Assembly: GCA_035084275.1 (NCBI GenBank)
Contig: CM068749.1
Coordinates: 15,686,001 to 15,750,000 of the forward strand
Source: Hydrolagus colliei
Taxonomy: Eukaryota
Reading direction: 5' to 3'
DNA length: 64,000 nt
In this document: positions 60,668 to 64,000 of the stretch, piece after piece
Layout of the letters: each line of letters opens with the position of its first letter
Position numbering within the stretch: position 1 is the first letter of the stretch
Position numbers and translations under genes: made by a program
Notes under the pieces: generated by a model
The model's database searches: none
The model's input: the letters and a program-made list of their open reading frames with translations, nothing else
Told to the model about the DNA's origin: nothing

Positions 60668-62849
60668 GTTATCCTTCCAATGTGCGAGAGCCATAAGGAG
60701 AATCTCCCCAGATGTGGGAACAGTATTTGAGACATGACTTAGACTTTACAGAATATGAAGCCTGTTGAGGGAGAAAATAAACGTGAGGGGAAAAAAGTTT
60801 TGGAAGTGTATAAGCTCATATGTTTGCTGTAGTGTTAAAATAAGCACTCTGAGCCACTTCCCATGTGAAGGGCATTATATAAATGCAAAATACCATCTTA
60901 AGGAAAGCTGTTATTATATCAGTCAACCTTCCTCTTCCTTGCCTTTCACTTTGTTGAAATCAGAACTCATTCCACTGCCTTTTTTTATTCAAACCTTTCC
61001 TGTGATTTACAAATCTTGAAACTGATTTAAAATCTTCACATCAAACATCCACTTCTGGTTTATTTATTTATCTGCGTTTTCTCTTCTACATTTTTGCCAA
61101 TGGCGGGCCCTTACCGTTCACCTCGGCTTCCCCAACAATAAAAGCTTCTGTGAGCAGAGAGTCAGCATACTGACTGTAAAGGATGCACACTGTGTACACA
61201 AGTCTGCCTTCACAGTAACGCTTGACATCATTATATTGACAACAGTACATTGGATTGCATAGCCAATTTTCCACAATTTAACATGCTTGAGAGAAGGTAA
61301 AGAAACTAGGTTCAAATACAGTATTGCACAATAAGAGGCAAGAAAGGAAGGAATGCGACAAGGACTATTTACCCCATTAAACAATCGCTCCAGACCTTGG
61401 AAAACTCACAGACCATGAAAAACTTACCCCACCATTAACTTCACTCCACTCAATCTATCTCCTGGGAGGAATTCTGCAGAAATTCCCTATTTGCAAAGGA
61501 ACAATATTCAGCTATGACATTGGTGTGATGAATATGGTAAACTCTTGATAACTCATAACTCCAAGGGAAAAGGGCTCAGGAGTGAGTTACCTGGAGTGGC
61601 AAGTTAGGCATTGTATAAATACATAAATAAATGTGGTTGGATTATTGATACCGTGTTGCCTTAGATGGTAGTAACATGTTGAACCAAGGTCAAGCGATCA
61701 GTTTACTGTATTTGGGAGTCAATGTAAAATTGGTCATTCACACCATGTCTGAAGATTTTTTTAATTCATAATAATAATACATTTGGTATAGCACAGACTT
61801 TGTTTTCTGGTGCAACTAGCACACTGGATTAGACAGTATATCATTTTAAATAGGTTAAGGGAAATAGCTTTCCCTTCCAGTTAACATTACAAAGGGCATG
61901 TGTCAAATCCTGTGAGACAAGCTAAATCACAATTAAATTCAGACTTACTCTAACAAGATATTGACATTGTGGCTCACAATTAGAACTGTACTTTTAAGAT
62001 GCTGAGAAGTAGTCTGTGCAATAATAAGTGCAATCACATCATTTTTGCTTGATATAACTATTCTGCACAACTATGCTGTGAAATCTGCCCTCTCTTTGCT
62101 TGTGTAAGTCTCAATTTACTACTGTATATCCATGCACAGAATGGCAATGTCTCCAAGTGTTTAGCTCCACTTGCCGTGATCACGCCAGATGTGGAACACT
62201 GGTCCTGTGTCAGAAAGCAAATGAAATGATTGACGTAACTAATTTTTGGGGGGATCAGAACCCTACCAGAAGTCTATTATCTCCTTTAATCATCAGCTTT
62301 TATTTTATACACATGCCTGCGGCAAAATCCTGTTTTCTGTATATAGACATAACCCCCTGCTGAGTGTTGGCTCCAAGATGAGAAGGGGTCCTGAAGAATC
62401 ACTTAAAGGAAAATAGCTTTCCTTCTCAGCAGATTGCGTTTACATTAGCCTTGTGAATTCAGACGAGTTAAAATTGATTTCAGCCTTTTGCCAATCACAC
62501 TAATAGATTGTCACCAAGCTGAGATGGTAGTTCTGTTGCTGAGTTTATTTCTCTTTAAAGCTGAATCCAGGAATGCAGCCAACTGCTCTGATTTGTGATT
62601 GAATAAGAAAAAAAGTGTCATTATTTTCATGAGGATTTCTGTTATTCACTAGTGTATTGTTTGAACAACTAGATGATTGTGTACCTTTTTAAAAGAAATT
62701 CATACTCCATTATTGTACTAAAGAGTAATATCACTACATCAGGTGTACTCTCACTCACTTTCACCTTTCATTCTCATTCTCATTGATTCACTCTCAGTCA
62801 TTCACTTGCTTGCTCAGTATAGAGTATAAAGTGTAAATGCTCCTACATT

Positions 62850-63154
62850 ATAATAAAAAGATGCATTTGATACAGCGCTTTCCACATTTTCTAGACATCT
62901 CAAAGCGCTTCACTGAATATACTGTAAAGTGAATTGATTGTATATTTTGTGGGCAAATCACGGACGCCAATTGTGCACAGCAATGTCCCACATGCAGTCA
63001 TGTGACCAAATTATTTTTGCTTTTTTTCTTGAGGGATTATTAGCAGGTATATGGAGTAAGGAAACCTCCCCAAGCTTTCGCCCCGCTGGGAATCAAACCC
63101 AGGTTTCTCGCATGCGAAGCATTTGCTTCTATCCAGTGAGCTACAGGACTCCAC
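62850..63154 (-). mobile_element. SINE family A, full length
   Basis: Ends GAGCTACAGGACTCCAC (reverse complement of the head at 119); body and tail intact. Confidence 0.92.
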
Positions 63155-64000
63155 ATTAGATGCTACACTGAACTCAGTCTGCAATCAATGAAAATGTGCA
63201 ATTTGTAGACATGAGAAAAGACAAGCCTTTCATGAAAATTAAGTCGATCACTGCAATTGAGTTATGTGTGTGATATTCAGTGAATATCATCTGACATACA
63301 AATTATAGAGTGTGCAATATGACATATATTTGGACAATATTCCTCAACAAGGATGCACAGAAATGGTCAGGAGGGATATTTTGGGGCATTTTATGGCATT
63401 TTAAATTTTGATTATTAAAATGCAGCCATTCTTCACACCCAGCAAGATTCATATCAATAAAGTGAGAAAGCTTTTGTGACAGAGGTAAGGAGGAATTTTA
63501 TACTGGGCTGCAAAATGAGATAAGTGACGTTCCAAAGAGGAACTTAATTATTTTTTTACATCTCAATGTAAAGGTTGAACGTCAAGATGAAAGACGAAAA
63601 AATGTTATGGACAAGTCTGGTTTACGGTCATTGGAATGAAAGTGAGGATTAGTTGTTTCGGGTTCACTGGTTAAACAAACTTGTATAAAGAAACAGAGCC
63701 ACTCAAGGAAGTTGTATCGATATCGCTTTTTGAAGCAACTGAAATGACATTATGTCTGATCATTTTGCGGTAACTTCTGATATATAAAATAAATAGTGTA
63801 TGATCTGGCAGAGTATTAAATCTTGAGAAACAATATGAAAGAGCTGAAATTTCAAAAGCAAAAGAGATAGTTGGGCTACTGAATGATAATTCTGAATAGT
63901 GTTGAATCTGGCTATTATTAAAATAACACTATGGGGAGAAAAACTGTAGAAGGCACTTTTCAAAAATAATTGAAAATAATTGCAGAATGAATTGATCAAG

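Overview
This is an AT-rich, repeat-laden vertebrate non-coding window. I recognised no host protein-coding exon; the listed ORFs are chance ORFs or decayed retroelement frames. The repeats point to a cartilaginous fish, most likely a chimaera such as Callorhinchus (inferred from remembered consensus features, not a search). They include many copies of a tRNA(Ala)-headed SINE with an L2-type (TTA)n tail, Deu-domain SINEs, L2 3' ends with (TTG)n tails, CR1 fragments, AmnSINE2-like and LF-SINE-like relics, and small MITEs. The most notable item is a 134-bp Penelope-type insertion (8218-8351) bounded by an exact 10-bp target-site duplication and carrying a minimal hammerhead-ribozyme core. The unique DNA between repeats holds several TF-motif-dense blocks (MEIS/PBX, POU, posterior HOX, and a GATA/MEF2/NKX/CArG module), as expected in a gene desert or large intron near a developmental gene. 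There are also a few candidate unannotated exons. Repeat boundaries were read by eye and are approximate unless a TSD or TIR is given.
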